Source: Callorhinchus milii (taxonomy: Eukaryota). Taken from it: a DNA stretch of 64,000 nt. This document shows, piece by piece, positions 63,203 through 64,000 of the stretch. The notes beneath the pieces were generated by a model that had not been told where the DNA came from, did no database searches, and saw only the letters and a list, made by a program, of their open reading frames with translations. The position numbers and the translations under genes were made by a program. Within the stretch, counting starts at the first letter, position 1. The number at the start of each line of letters is the position of its first letter. Where the stretch lies: assembly GCF_018977255.1 (NCBI RefSeq), contig NW_024704742.1, positions 136,030,001 to 136,094,000 on the forward strand. The letters are read 5' to 3'.

Positions 63203-64000
63203 ACACACACTCGCGCACACACGCACACACTCACATTCACTCACTCACTCACTCACTCACACACACATTCACTCACTCACACACTCACATTCTCACACTC
63301 GCACATTCACTCACACACTCACTCACTCACAAGCACATTCACACACTCTCACACACACACATACACACTCTCACACACACTCACACTCAGTCATACACAC
63401 TCACACACACACACACTCACACACACACATTCACTCACTCACACACACATTCACTCACACACTCACTCACTCACTCACACACTCACTCACTCACACACTC
63501 ACTCTCACACGCACATTCACTCACTCACACACACACACACACATACTATACACACACACACCAGATCATACACACACACCAGATCACACACACACACATA
63601 CAATACACACACACACCAGATCACACACACACACACACTATACACACACACACACACCAGATCACACACACACACATTCAATACACACACACACACCAGA
63701 TCACACACACATACAATACACACACACACACACCAGATCACACACACACACCAGATTACACACACACACCAGATCACACACACACACACCAGATCACACA
63801 CACACACACACACCAGATCACACACACACACACACCAGATCACACACACACATACAATACACACACACACACACCAGATCACACACACACACACCAGATC
63901 ACACACACACACACACACCAGATCACACACACACACACACCAGATCACACACACACACACCAGATCACACACACACCAGATCACACACACACACACCAGA
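63203..64000. repeat. (CACT/CA)n then (CA)n-CCAGAT satellite running off the window end
   Basis: Seen directly. Confidence 0.95.

Larger units (their letters stand above)
32850..64000 (-). other. DCC: 3' part of the DCC intron upstream of the Ig1 exon (intron 1), >31 kb
   Basis: No signal-peptide exon or other recognisable exon between the acceptor and the window end; content is repeats and non-coding islands. Confidence 0.75.

Overview
Vertebrate genomic DNA, most likely a cartilaginous fish (inferred from shark/chimaera-type CR1 tails and SacSINE1/AmnSINE-like DeuSINEs). The only host coding sequence I can support is one 324-bp exon on the minus strand (32526-32849). It encodes Ig domain 1 of the netrin receptor DCC and corresponds to human exon 2. 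The rest appears to be DCC intron 1 (right) and intron 2 (left), each longer than 31 kb. The introns are densely filled with non-LTR retroposon debris: (A) a tRNA-Ala-headed SINE in at least three subfamilies, (B) a DeuSINE, two L2-clade LINE tail types and several CR1 families. There is also an unidentified ~400-bp repeat family ('family C', 8 copies), several micro/minisatellites, and short repeat-free islands that are candidate cis-regulatory elements. The most notable observations are the unidentified family C, the chimeric SINE A whose youngest subfamily carries the partner L2 tail loop, a covarying shared 3' stem-loop, two L2 copies sharing sequence beyond their tails, repeated L2 insertion at one CR1 site, a CR1 foldback and a micro-inversion. 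I see no CRISPR, rRNA, true tRNA or intact autonomous element. Repeat boundaries are approximate (read by eye), and family names come from remembered consensus features, not database searches.
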